Shown here: positions 1-10,100 of the stretch, one piece after another | How the letters are laid out: each line of letters starts with the position of its first letter | Position numbering within the stretch: the first letter of the stretch is position 1 | Origin: Bacteroidota bacterium | GTDB taxonomy: Bacteria; Bacteroidota; Bacteroidia; JAHEXY01 | Length of the DNA stretch: 64,000 bases | Direction of reading: 5' to 3' | NCBI GenBank assembly: GCA_023251875.1 | Contig: JAHEXY010000004.1 | Coordinates: forward strand, 130,359-194,358 | Position numbers and translations under genes: made by a program | The notes under the pieces: model-generated | Told to the model about the DNA's origin: nothing | Databases searched by the model: none | Seen by the model: only the letters and a program-made list of their open reading frames with translations

Positions 1-78
1 ATTCAAAAAATTGTTTAGGAAGTGGAAAATTAATAATAGAATAAACAAAACATAATAGTTCGGTAATTTTTAAGATCA

Positions 79-173
79 GGGCTGAAGCCCAATAATATCA
101 AAGTTTTTCAACAACCCAGCCTTAAGGCTGGGGTTAAATGAATCCCTAGTTATCAAGGGCTTTAGCCCAAACA
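79..173. repeat. Cluster of three short GC-rich palindromic REP-like hairpins (GGGCTGAAGCCC, CCCAGCCTTAAGGCTGGG, GGGCTTTAGCCC)
   Basis: Perfect short palindromes read directly in the AT-rich region upstream of the RM gene; the same GGGCTTTAGCCC unit recurs at 4429-4440 and as GGCTTTAGCC at 11049-11058. Confidence 0.6.
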
Positions 174-251
174 AGAAAAAACTACCGAACCATTGAAAAT
201 ATAAACAACATTTTAAATCGTATTTTAGCATATAAATTATAAACGAATAAA

Positions 252-3200
252 ATGTCATTGTTTCAAAAAACAGTAGTCAAAAAATATACTAAACAACTCG
301 ATTCACAAAAGATTCAAGAAGCTTATGCCCTTTTTCAAGCTTATTTTTTAAATTCTGCCATACAAGAGAACATTAGAGAAGCCAAGGAAGAACAATTTCA
401 AGAAGGATTTTTAAGAGAATTGTTTGGTAACATTTTAGGCTATACATTAAATCCCATCCCTAATTTTAATCTCACAACAGAACTCAAAAATACAGCCAAT
501 AGCAAAAAAGTTGATGGCGCTATTTTAATTGAAAATAAAGCCATTGCTGTAATAGAACTAAAAGGTACCGATACCACAGACCTTGCAAAAATTGAAGCGC
601 AAGCTTTCGGTTATAAGAATAATCAATCGCATTGTACCTATGTAATTACTTCTAATTTTGAAAAACTACGCTTCTATATCGATAATGCAATTGAATTTAT
701 AGAATTCAATTTATTTAAGCTGAATAGAGAAGAATTTAATTTGCTTTGGCTATGCCTATCATTAAAAAGTATTGAACAAAATATTCCAAAAAGAATTAAA
801 GACGAATCGGTAAGCCATGAGGATGTAATTACAAAAAAGCTATATAATGATTATTCCGTTTTTAAAAGAGAACTGCATCAAAATTTAGTGAAGCTAAATC
901 CCCAATACCAAGCAATAGAACTTTTTAAAAAATCACAAAAACTTTTAGACCGCTTTCTTTTTATATTTTTTGCCGAAGACCGACAATTACTACCCACCAA
1001 CTTGATTTTTAGAATAAACAAAGAATGGCAGCAATTAAGGCAAATGCGTATTGAAGTATCGTTGTATGATAGATATAAAATTTACTTTAACGATTTAAAC
1101 AAAGGCGCAATAGTTAAATTACCCGCTTTTAGTGAAACCGCTTCGCAACAAAAAGAAGAATTTCAAATTTTTGCTTACAATGGCGGCTTATTTGAAGAAG
1201 ATACAATATTGAACGACATAAAAATTGATGATGCCTTACTTTTTAAACATTCTGAAATTTTAAGCAATTATGATTTTGTAAGTGAAATTGATGTAAATAT
1301 ATTGGGGCATATTTTCGAAAATTCATTAAATGAATTGGATGAAATAAAAGCACAATTAGATGGGCAAATAATAGACAAAAGCAAAACCAAAAGAAAAAAG
1401 GATGGCGTTTTTTACACACCCAAATACATAACCAAATACATTGTAGAAAATACTGTTGGTAAATTGTGTGTAGAAAAAAAAGAAAGCATACAACTCATAG
1501 AAGAACAATATACCAATGATAAAAAGAAAACAAGCAAAACAAAAAAAGAACTACTTGATAAATTAAATACCTACCGCAGTTGGTTACTTCAACTTACCAT
1601 TTGCGACCCGGCCTGTGGCTCAGGCGCATTTTTAAACCAAGCGCTTGATTTTTTAATTAACGAACACCGCTATATTGATGAACTGCAAGCCAAACTATTA
1701 GGCGCATCTTTAATTTTAAGCGATATAGAAAACAGCATATTAGAAAATAATTTATTTGGTGTAGATATTAACGAAGAAAGTGTAGAAATAGCTAAACTCT
1801 CTTTATGGTTACGCACAGCCCAACCCAATAGAAAACTGAATGATTTAAGTAATAATATTAAATGCGGCAATTCTTTAATTGATGATCCGGAAGTGGCAGG
1901 GGATAAGGCGTTTGATTGGTATGCAGAGTTTCCAAAAGTATTTCCTCGTTATAAAAATAAAAAGAAAGAAAATGCCGTAGTTGAAGTTAAAAAGAATGCT
2001 GATGGAGATTCATTAGGTAAATACATTGATGATTCTCATGGATTATTTAATGAATTTCATGAACCTCCTGCACCATACTCCTATAAAGAAAATAGCAAAG
2101 GTTTTGAGAAGCATGGTTTTGATGTAGTGATTGGCAATCCGCCTTATGTGAGACAAGAATTAATAGGAAATTATAAAGATTACTTTTCTAAAAATTACAA
2201 AGTATTTAATTTTTCAAGTGATCTATTTGCTTATTTCTATGAAAAAGCATTTTCGCTTTTAAAACAACATGGTATATTGGGTTTCATATCAAATACGTTT
2301 GATAAAACAACTGCAGGGATTAATTTAAGAGGTTATTTAAAAAACAATACCCAATTTAAAAGACTTATAGATTTCACCGAAGTTCAAATATTTGAAGGTG
2401 CTACAACTTACCCGATAATATTAATTGCCCAAAATGAGGATTCAGAAAATAATACATTTGAGTATATAAAAATTCCTAGAACAACTAATACTATTACAAT
2501 TGATATTGATTTTTATTCTGCTGTTTCGGTTAAACAACAATCATTGGATAACTCTAACTGGATTTTTAAATCAAATGTGGCAAATCTCATTTTAGCTAAA
2601 ATTCAAAAGCATAAATCAATACGAGATAAATTTGGAAAATGTTATTATGGAGTAAAAACTGCCTTAAATGAAGCTTTCATTATACAAAATGACATTGAAA
2701 TTGATGAGCATGTCAAACCGATTTATGAAGGCAAAGAACTTGATAAGTGGATAACACGGCCAGCTAAACAAAAACTACTTTTATTTAAAAGTAAATGGAC
2801 TAAAGAAAAATATGGAAATGATATTAACGAAAAGCTAGCATTAGAAAAATTAAATAAAGATTATGCAAAACATTTTGAAATACTTTTACCTTTTGAAGAT
2901 CCAGCAAAAAAAAGATATGACAAAGGTGATTTTTGGTGGGAGTTACGAAATTGTGCATACTACAATTTATTTGACAAGTCTAAAATAATATTCCCAAATC
3001 TCCAGAATAAAAATAAATTTTGTTTCGATGATAAAGGTGTTTTTGTAAATGCTCCTGCTGTATTTACACCAACAGAAAGTAAAGCATTGTTAGCTATTCT
3101 AAATTCAAAATTAGTTTGGTATTATTTAACCTCTATTTGTGTAGTTAGAAATGGTGGTTATATTGAAGTAAAACCACAGTATTTTGAACAAATACCAATT

Positions 3201-3578
3201 CCTGATTTTGATTTATCAAACATGTCTCCATTGGCAACAAATGCTAATGGAATAATAGAACTAACCCAACAGCAACAAGAAATTAATACAAAATTTATTC
3301 GTTTTCTATCCTCAAAATTCATCTCAATAAATATTAATAGGAAACTTGAAAACTGGTTTACATTATCATTTAATGAATTTGCTAAAGAGATTGTAAAACA
3401 AAAATTTAAGTTAACTATATCTGAACAAGAGGAATGGCTCACTTATTTTGAAGAGAAGAAGAAAAATATGAGTGATATGCTAATTCAAATTAGAAAGAGA
3501 GAAAAAGAAATTGATAAAATGGTTTATGAATTATATGAATTATCAGAAGATGAAATTAAAATCGTGGAGGGGGAATGA
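252..3578 (+). CDS. Type IIG (MmeI-like) fused restriction endonuclease / N6-adenine DNA methyltransferase
   Basis: 1108-aa ORF. N-terminal PD-(D/E)xK-like motif VDGAILIENKAIAVIELKG (D...ExK) as in MmeI-family nuclease domains; gamma-class MTase motif I DPACGSGAFL and motif IV NPPY (VIGNPPYVRQE); long C-terminal region consistent with a target-recognition domain; no Walker A or helicase motifs noticed. Confidence 0.8.
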   Translation: MSLFQKTVVKKYTKQLDSQKIQEAYALFQAYFLNSAIQENIREAKEEQFQEGFLRELFGNILGYTLNPIPNFNLTTELKNTANSKKVDGAILIENKAIAVIELKGTDTTDLAKIEAQAFGYKNNQSHCTYVITSNFEKLRFYIDNAIEFIEFNLFKLNREEFNLLWLCLSLKSIEQNIPKRIKDESVSHEDVITKKLYNDYSVFKRELHQNLVKLNPQYQAIELFKKSQKLLDRFLFIFFAEDRQLLPTNLIFRINKEWQQLRQMRIEVSLYDRYKIYFNDLNKGAIVKLPAFSETASQQKEEFQIFAYNGGLFEEDTILNDIKIDDALLFKHSEILSNYDFVSEIDVNILGHIFENSLNELDEIKAQLDGQIIDKSKTKRKKDGVFYTPKYITKYIVENTVGKLCVEKKESIQLIEEQYTNDKKKTSKTKKELLDKLNTYRSWLLQLTICDPACGSGAFLNQALDFLINEHRYIDELQAKLLGASLILSDIENSILENNLFGVDINEESVEIAKLSLWLRTAQPNRKLNDLSNNIKCGNSLIDDPEVAGDKAFDWYAEFPKVFPRYKNKKKENAVVEVKKNADGDSLGKYIDDSHGLFNEFHEPPAPYSYKENSKGFEKHGFDVVIGNPPYVRQELIGNYKDYFSKNYKVFNFSSDLFAYFYEKAFSLLKQHGILGFISNTFDKTTAGINLRGYLKNNTQFKRLIDFTEVQIFEGATTYPIILIAQNEDSENNTFEYIKIPRTTNTITIDIDFYSAVSVKQQSLDNSNWIFKSNVANLILAKIQKHKSIRDKFGKCYYGVKTALNEAFIIQNDIEIDEHVKPIYEGKELDKWITRPAKQKLLLFKSKWTKEKYGNDINEKLALEKLNKDYAKHFEILLPFEDPAKKRYDKGDFWWELRNCAYYNLFDKSKIIFPNLQNKNKFCFDDKGVFVNAPAVFTPTESKALLAILNSKLVWYYLTSICVVRNGGYIEVKPQYFEQIPIPDFDLSNMSPLATNANGIIELTQQQQEINTKFIRFLSSKFISININRKLENWFTLSFNEFAKEIVKQKFKLTISEQEEWLTYFEEKKKNMSDMLIQIRKREKEIDKMVYELYELSEDEIKIVEGE

Positions 3579-4264
3579 AAAAGACTAATTACATATTAAA
3601 AAATCAATCTACCATTAATGTTTCATTTTGGGCTTCTAATTATATTCAAAACCAAGCACATACTGAAAAATTAAAAAATATTGCTGATACACTTGATGGC
3701 ATAATTGACGATCTTTCGAAATATGGATGGTATATTAATGCCAATTTTTCTATAAACTTTATTCTAGAGCTCGCTAATTATGTTAAACAAAAAAACGCAA
3801 AAGAATTAGAAAATGAAATAATCAAATATTATAAGCATAATATTGACGGAATAAGAAAAAATCTATTAATAAAATATAATGATAGACAAATTTTACTAGA
3901 AGAAGCCTTTAATGCTCATAAAAGAGAAATGTATTTTTCCTCAACCATATTATTCTTATCTCAAGCAGATGGGTTATGTGATGGGAATTTCTTCCTGTTA
4001 GCTAAAAACAAAAAAAAACTTAAGACTTTTCTTAACCAAAAACAAAGTCCAGATGTTGTAAATATTGTTCTTGGCAAAGAAAGCGCTATTGATTCATGGA
4101 CTGGTCATAAACAAAAATATTTTAGTGATCTAAATAGACATGATATTATGCATGGATACTGCTTTGATTTTGGCAATGAAGTTAACAGCTTTAAGGCATT
4201 ATCGTTATTATGTTTTATGTCAGATTTTATTGATAGCTATAATAAATTTGAAAAATATAAGTAG
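3575..4264 (+). CDS. Hypothetical protein, translationally coupled to the RM enzyme (ATGA stop/start overlap); no recognisable domain
   Basis: 229-aa ORF whose ATG overlaps the TGA of the upstream gene (GGGGAATGAAAAAG); no signal peptide or TM segment evident; no motif I can assign. Confidence 0.6.
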   Translation: MKKTNYILKNQSTINVSFWASNYIQNQAHTEKLKNIADTLDGIIDDLSKYGWYINANFSINFILELANYVKQKNAKELENEIIKYYKHNIDGIRKNLLIKYNDRQILLEEAFNAHKREMYFSSTILFLSQADGLCDGNFFLLAKNKKKLKTFLNQKQSPDVVNIVLGKESAIDSWTGHKQKYFSDLNRHDIMHGYCFDFGNEVNSFKALSLLCFMSDFIDSYNKFEKYK

Positions 4265-4267
4265 CTA

Positions 4268-4933
4268 TCATGGCTAAAGCCCTTTATACCCTACATTGTT
4301 TTTTTCTCCGCCATAAATGGCGGAGTTAGTTGAGCGAGAACGGTATAGTTAATGCAAATAAAGATAAATGCAGAATACCAACCCCAGCTTAAAAGCTGGG
4401 GGGCATAAGAATAAGCAAGAAGTAAAATGGGCTTTAGCCCAAAAAAATAAAATATTATGGCTTTTGTAAAAATATGGGTACACGCAGTTTGGGGCACAAA
4501 AAATAGATTTCCTTTTCTTGTTAATGGAGTTAAACAACAAGTAATTCAGCATATAAAAGAGAATGCCATAAAAAAGCAAATTTATATTGATTGTATTGAT
4601 GGCCATACAGAACATCTTCATGCATTAATAGCTCTTAATGCAGATAGAGATATTGCCAAAACAATGCAATTGATAAAAGGCGAATCTACACATTGGATAA
4701 ATCAACAAAAAATTACACGAAGTAAATTTGAATGGGCCGATGAATATTTTGCAGTTTCGGTAAGTGAATCAATGTTAGATAAAGTAAGAGAATATATCCA
4801 TGGACAAGAAGAACATCATAAAAAAACAACTTTTACCGAAGAGTATAATAATTTTATAGGCAAATATAATTTTCAAAATCATGGCTAAAGCCAATTCCAT
4901 TTTTCAGTCTATTTTAATCTCCGCCATAAATGG
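4268..4933 (+). mobile_element. REPtron-like unit: RAYT gene flanked by REP hairpins and ~55-bp direct repeats
   Basis: Left flank 4268-4325 and right flank 4878-4933 both contain ATCATGGCTAAAGCC...TCTCCGCCATAAATGG; palindromes CTCCGCCATAAATGGCGGAG (4306-4325), CCCCAGCTTAAAAGCTGGGG (4382-4401), GGGCTTTAGCCC (4429-4440) lie between the left flank and the RAYT gene. Confidence 0.65.
4457..4888 (+). CDS. REP-associated tyrosine transposase (RAYT; IS200/IS605-like Y1 HUH transposase)
   Basis: 143 aa; HUH motif HTEHLHALI; N-terminal HAVWGTKNR; C-terminal catalytic-Tyr region VREYIHGQEEHH; flanked by REP hairpins. Confidence 0.8.
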   Translation: MAFVKIWVHAVWGTKNRFPFLVNGVKQQVIQHIKENAIKKQIYIDCIDGHTEHLHALIALNADRDIAKTMQLIKGESTHWINQQKITRSKFEWADEYFAVSVSESMLDKVREYIHGQEEHHKKTTFTEEYNNFIGKYNFQNHG

Positions 4934-7109
4934 TAGGTTTATAAGTTTACTATGCATGCTTGGTATAAGCTTTTCTAGCTTCTCCCAAACCGATTCTACC
5001 TTTTTTCTCCCCAATCAACATCCCGAAATAATGCTTTCAGGATTTGGTTTTAATAATTCAGGCGGAAGTGATGTTTTTAATCATTGTGCCGGTATTATAA
5101 GCGATGGAACAAGATTATTTTTGTGCGACAGGTGGAATAATAGAGTATTGATTTGGAATACAATTCCTCAAACTAATCTTGAGCCCGATCTTGTACTTGG
5201 ACAAAAAGATTTTAATACAAACGATCCGGGATCTAAATTAGATCAATTTGATTGGCCTGGTGCTGTTTCTGTTTCAAGTGATGGTAAATTGCTTATTGCT
5301 GATACCTATAACAATCGGGTTTTAGTTTGGAATACTATTCCAACAACAAATGGGCAGGCTGCTGATTTTGCAATAACTGATAATATATCATGGCCCTGGG
5401 GGGTGTGGAGCAACGGAAAAAAACTAATTATTGTTAATACCCAGCAAACGCAATCAAATGCAATAATGGTATGGAATACTTTTCCTGCAAGCAGTTCTGT
5501 AAAATATGATTTCAAACTTACTGCCGGTGGAGATTTGGGAACACCTAGAACAATTACAACAAATGGTGATTTTTTAATGATAGGTGATCACAATTCAAAA
5601 AATGCGAATGGGCCTCAGGGAAATTATGTATGGACAACATTTCCGCAATCAGATGTTGTTTATGATTATTTTACTACTGACCCTTATGATAAAAATTATG
5701 CTTGGCTACAAGGAACTGTTACTTCAGATAGTATGCTAATTGCATTGGGCCGCCAACTGCATATTTGGAAAACACTTCCAAACACATCTTCTCAAAAACC
5801 GGATATTTCATTAAGCTATAATTTTAATGGGGGAGATGGTTCAGATGTGGCAGTAGCCGGAGGAAAAGTATTTGTCTCTTGCATGAATGACAATCGTGTT
5901 TTTGTTTTTAATAGTATCCCAACATCTTCTTCGGCCCAGCCCGATTTTGTATTGGGAAGTCCTGCCATTGACACAAACACACTTACAATAAATCATTTTA
6001 TTACCAATCCGGTTCCTGTTTCTGATGGTGAGCATTTATTTGTTTCTTCTGATTTTGATAAAACCTTAAGCATCTGGGAAAATTTACCGGATTCAAGTGC
6101 AACCCCTCCCGATACAATTATTAATCTTCAAGAAGCCCCTTGGGATAACGAACTCCATGGCGATACACTTGTTTTGGCTGGAAAAAAAACAATTTTTATT
6201 TGGAAATCACTTCCCTTAAACGGCCAGCAGCCCGATTTTACCCTTCAAGATCATATAGGATCCATTTATTTTAATGAAATTAGAGGTGTAGCTTTTGATG
6301 ATAGCTATTTTTACATTGCTGATAATAATACGGTATATGTATGGAGTGGCTTTCCAACTACCTCTTCTTATGCTGATCCTATGCTAACATTACATTTTGC
6401 AAGTGTTATGAAATTATGCAGTGATGAAGGTTATTTATCAATAACCGAAATGGAAGCAGCTCCTCCCAAAGCAGTGCTTTATAAAATTTCTAATTTTCCA
6501 AATGATACCAATCCTTATAAAACCATTGAAGGGCAGAATGGATATTATTTTAATTTACCTATGCACACCATTACTTCAAACGGGCATTTATTTTTAGCAA
6601 ACTCTATTTTTAATGTTGTGTATGCTTGGAAAGACATCAATGATGCCGGAGATTTTTCAAAAGTAATTGTATTGGGCAGCGATACAACAATAGAAACCAT
6701 TCCTTGCATTGGTGATAGTACATTATTTTGGCCTGCAAGTTTAAGTTTTGATGGCAAACACCTTTGGGTAGGAGAATTTAAATTTTCAGGAAGGATTTTA
6801 AGATACACCATTCCCTCTGAATTAACGAGCATTAAGAAAATAAATACAAAAACTAATTTAGTTTCAAATATTAAAATATATCCCAATCCTGTAAGTGATC
6901 AAATAAACATAAATTTTCCGTCTATAATAAATGAAAGTAAAGTTGAAATTTCTCTTTTCGATTACACGGGAAAATGCGTAAAAAAATATGAAACTGGTCT
7001 TTTTAAAACTTTCTCTATTGATGTGAATAGCTTTGCATCCGGACTATATCAATTAAGAATTTCAAATACAAATACTGTATTTAGCCAAAAAATCTTAATT
7101 ATTAGGTAA
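4881..7109 (+). CDS. Secreted NHL-repeat beta-propeller protein with T9SS type-A C-terminal sorting domain
   Basis: Repeated NNRVLxWNTIP-type units (DRWNNRVLIWNTIP, DTYNNRVLVWNTIP, MNDNRVFVFNSIP); C-terminus IYPNPVSDQININ...GLYQLRI typical of the Por secretion tail. First 25 codons are encoded by the right REP repeat, so the true start may be the ATG at 4956. Confidence 0.65.
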   Translation: MAKANSIFQSILISAINGRFISLLCMLGISFSSFSQTDSTFFLPNQHPEIMLSGFGFNNSGGSDVFNHCAGIISDGTRLFLCDRWNNRVLIWNTIPQTNLEPDLVLGQKDFNTNDPGSKLDQFDWPGAVSVSSDGKLLIADTYNNRVLVWNTIPTTNGQAADFAITDNISWPWGVWSNGKKLIIVNTQQTQSNAIMVWNTFPASSSVKYDFKLTAGGDLGTPRTITTNGDFLMIGDHNSKNANGPQGNYVWTTFPQSDVVYDYFTTDPYDKNYAWLQGTVTSDSMLIALGRQLHIWKTLPNTSSQKPDISLSYNFNGGDGSDVAVAGGKVFVSCMNDNRVFVFNSIPTSSSAQPDFVLGSPAIDTNTLTINHFITNPVPVSDGEHLFVSSDFDKTLSIWENLPDSSATPPDTIINLQEAPWDNELHGDTLVLAGKKTIFIWKSLPLNGQQPDFTLQDHIGSIYFNEIRGVAFDDSYFYIADNNTVYVWSGFPTTSSYADPMLTLHFASVMKLCSDEGYLSITEMEAAPPKAVLYKISNFPNDTNPYKTIEGQNGYYFNLPMHTITSNGHLFLANSIFNVVYAWKDINDAGDFSKVIVLGSDTTIETIPCIGDSTLFWPASLSFDGKHLWVGEFKFSGRILRYTIPSELTSIKKINTKTNLVSNIKIYPNPVSDQININFPSIINESKVEISLFDYTGKCVKKYETGLFKTFSIDVNSFASGLYQLRISNTNTVFSQKILIIR

Positions 7110-7192
7110 TTATTCCGGTTACACTTTTAGCAAATGCTTGATATATGCCGAAAAAACTTTATACTTGCCATCCCATTTTATTTTAAAAATTT

Positions 7193-10100
7193 ATGCAAAT
7201 GAAAAATATTTTTAAGCTCCTTTTTATAGGTACAATATTTATAAATACTAGTGTATTTTCACAAACTTCTTCTAGCTTAGAAAAAGGCTGGCAAAGTTTT
7301 TATGTTAACGATATAAAAAATGCTCGAACTTATTTTACAGAGGCTACTTCTTCAGTATCAGATAAAGCTGAGGCTTATTTGGCACTTTCATTTTTAGCTA
7401 CAGTTGATAAAAAACCCGAAGATGCTTTTGCGCAATTCATGAATTTTTATAAATCGACAGATAATCCACAGCCTTATCTTTTTGCCTTATGGACAGATCA
7501 AAATTTATTTGAAGGCTATACTAAAAAAGATAAAGATCAACTAGCTTTATTAAACACATTAGAAAAAGACCCTAGTTTAAATAGCACGCTCTTGGCATTA
7601 ACACATGCACAATTGGGTTACCACTATAATATTGTAAATGACGAAAAAACATCTCAAGCAGAGTTTAAAAAAATTGGAGCTATTGAAGATTGGCAAGTGG
7701 TGGGTGAATTTGAAAATATTTCTGCCAGCGGATTTGATAAAAACTATGATCCTATTAATTATCCAAAACAAGACCACGCCTTCGTAAATAAATACGGTGC
7801 ACAGGTATATTGGTTTGATATACCCGCCATTAAAAATGACAAATGGCTCGATTTAACCTATCACCTGCATGCTCGCAGTTCTGTTGCTTATGCTCAAACT
7901 TTTATCAATAGCCAGGCTGATCAAGCCATACAATTGCGAATGGGCAATTCCGGTTCTTTAAAAGTATGGCTAAATGATCAATTGGTTTTTTCTGAATCAG
8001 AAGAAAGAAACAATGATATGGATACTTATGTTGTGCAAACAAAACTGCACAAAGGCTATAATAGATTATTGGTTCAAGTTGGAGAAAGTGAAGTTAACCG
8101 ATCAAATTTTTTAATACGAATAACCGATGTTTCAGGTAAAGTACTTGAGGGATTAACATATTCAAAATCGTATCAAGTTTATACAAAAGAAACTGCTGCT
8201 GAAGCAAAAGTAATTCCTATAGCTGCCGAAGATTATTTTTTGAAATTAATTGAACAGTATCCTACAAAAATGATCAATTACTTATTGCTTGCTGAAACCT
8301 ATTTAAGAAATGATAAAAATTTTGAAGCACGTAAAATATTGATCAAAGCACAAAAATTTGCTCCTGAATGCAGTTATCTCTACACTCAATTAATTGAACT
8401 TTATACAAGAGACGACAATAAAACAGAACTTGCCGTTGCCTTAGAATGGATGAAAGATCATGATCCAGCCAATCCTTATTCTTTATTATTACAAATAGAA
8501 GAAGAACTAGGAAAAGAAAATTACAATGTTGCCGAAGAAAAAATTAAACTATTAGAAACTCTTTATGGTGAAGATGAGAAAACCATTGCCTACCACATTG
8601 GCCTTGCAGGTCATTATCAAAAACAAGCAGAGGTAATTGATTTAGTTGAACAAGCCTATAAAAAATATCCCGATTACTATGCTTTTGTTAATTTAAAACA
8701 CATGGTTGAATTGCAAGTAAATAAAGATTACAATGCAGCAATTGCAGTACTAAAAAAATACATGAAAAATAATAATTATGATGATGTGGCATTGTCTATT
8801 GCATCTGACTATTTTGATAAAGGAGATAAACAAACCGGTATTGAAATTTATAAAAATGTTGTTAAAAATAATGTAGCAGCTCCCGGATACCGTGATAAAT
8901 TAGCTGCTATTTATTTTCAGTTACAAGATTATACCAATGCCGAAATGTATTATAAAGAAGCATTAAAAATTGCCCCCCAAATTGACGCATACTGGTTTGA
9001 TCTGGGAAAAATTTATGAAGCAGAAAACAACACCAATGCTGCCGCAGATGCTTATAAAAAAGCCATCAATTATTCTCCCAACTATTATGAAGCAAGACGC
9101 CAATTAAGAAAACTATTGGGGCAAAAAGAAGTGTACGATTATTTTGAACAGCCGGATGTGTATGCTACTTATAAAAATGCTCCTAATAAATCAGCTTTTC
9201 CTGAAGACAACAGTTTAATCCTTTTAAACGAAGTACAAAAAGTAGTGTATAGCGGAGGAGCTTCGGAAGAAAAACACATTTTTGAAGTCAAAATTTTCAA
9301 TGCTCAAGGCATAGATGTTTGGAAGCAATACCAAATTAATTACAACTCCATGCAAGATTTATTAATTGAAAAAGCTGAAGTAATAAAATCGAATGGAAGT
9401 AAGGTAGCTGCATCAACAAAAGGAGGTACTGTTGTATTTAATTCATTAGAAGAAGGAGATGCCATTCACATTACTTACCGAGTAGAAAACTATCAAGTAG
9501 GAAAACTGTCTCCCCATTTTTGGGATCAATGTTATTTTACGCACTACTATCCTTCTATAAAAACGAAATATTCTTTACTGATTTCTCCTGACGTAAAATT
9601 TACTTATAAATTTACCCAAGAAGATATTAAGCCTATTACTTCTAAACAAGATGGTTTCGATATGTACATTTGGGAAAGTGATAACAAAGAAGGCATAAAA
9701 GAAGAAGACCGTATGCCAACCATTGCCGATGTTGCCAATGTATTGCATTTATCTTCCTTTCCAGATTGGACTTTTATTTCTAATTGGTATTACGATCTTG
9801 CTTCAACAAAAGCCAAATCAGATTTTGAAGTACAAGAAATAGTTTCTAATCTTTTTGCAGGCAAAAAAGATATGCCTACCCTTGATAAAGTGAAAGAAAT
9901 TTATAATTACATCGTAAAAAACATTCGTTATAGCGAAGTTTCTTTTTTGCAAAGCGGACTCATTCCTCAAAAAGCATCTAAAGTGTTGAATACAAAAATT
10001 GGTGACTGTAAAGATGTGTCAACCTTATTTGTTGCTATGTGTAAAGAAATTGGTGTTGATGCCACTTGGGTTTTGGTTGATACCAGAGATAAAGGAAAAA

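Noticed and set aside
1670-3442. Antisense ORFs (1670-1870 and 3158-3442, minus strand) inside the RM gene
   Set aside because: They are embedded antisense to a long ORF with clear motifs and have low-complexity composition; treated as spurious.
252-3578. Possibility that the 1108-aa methyltransferase-nuclease is BREX PglX
   Set aside because: No pglZ, brxC or brxL-like gene follows; the downstream genes are a 229-aa ORF and a RAYT. The N-terminal D...ExK motif fits an MmeI-type nuclease domain better. Upstream of the window start cannot be seen, so this is not fully excluded.
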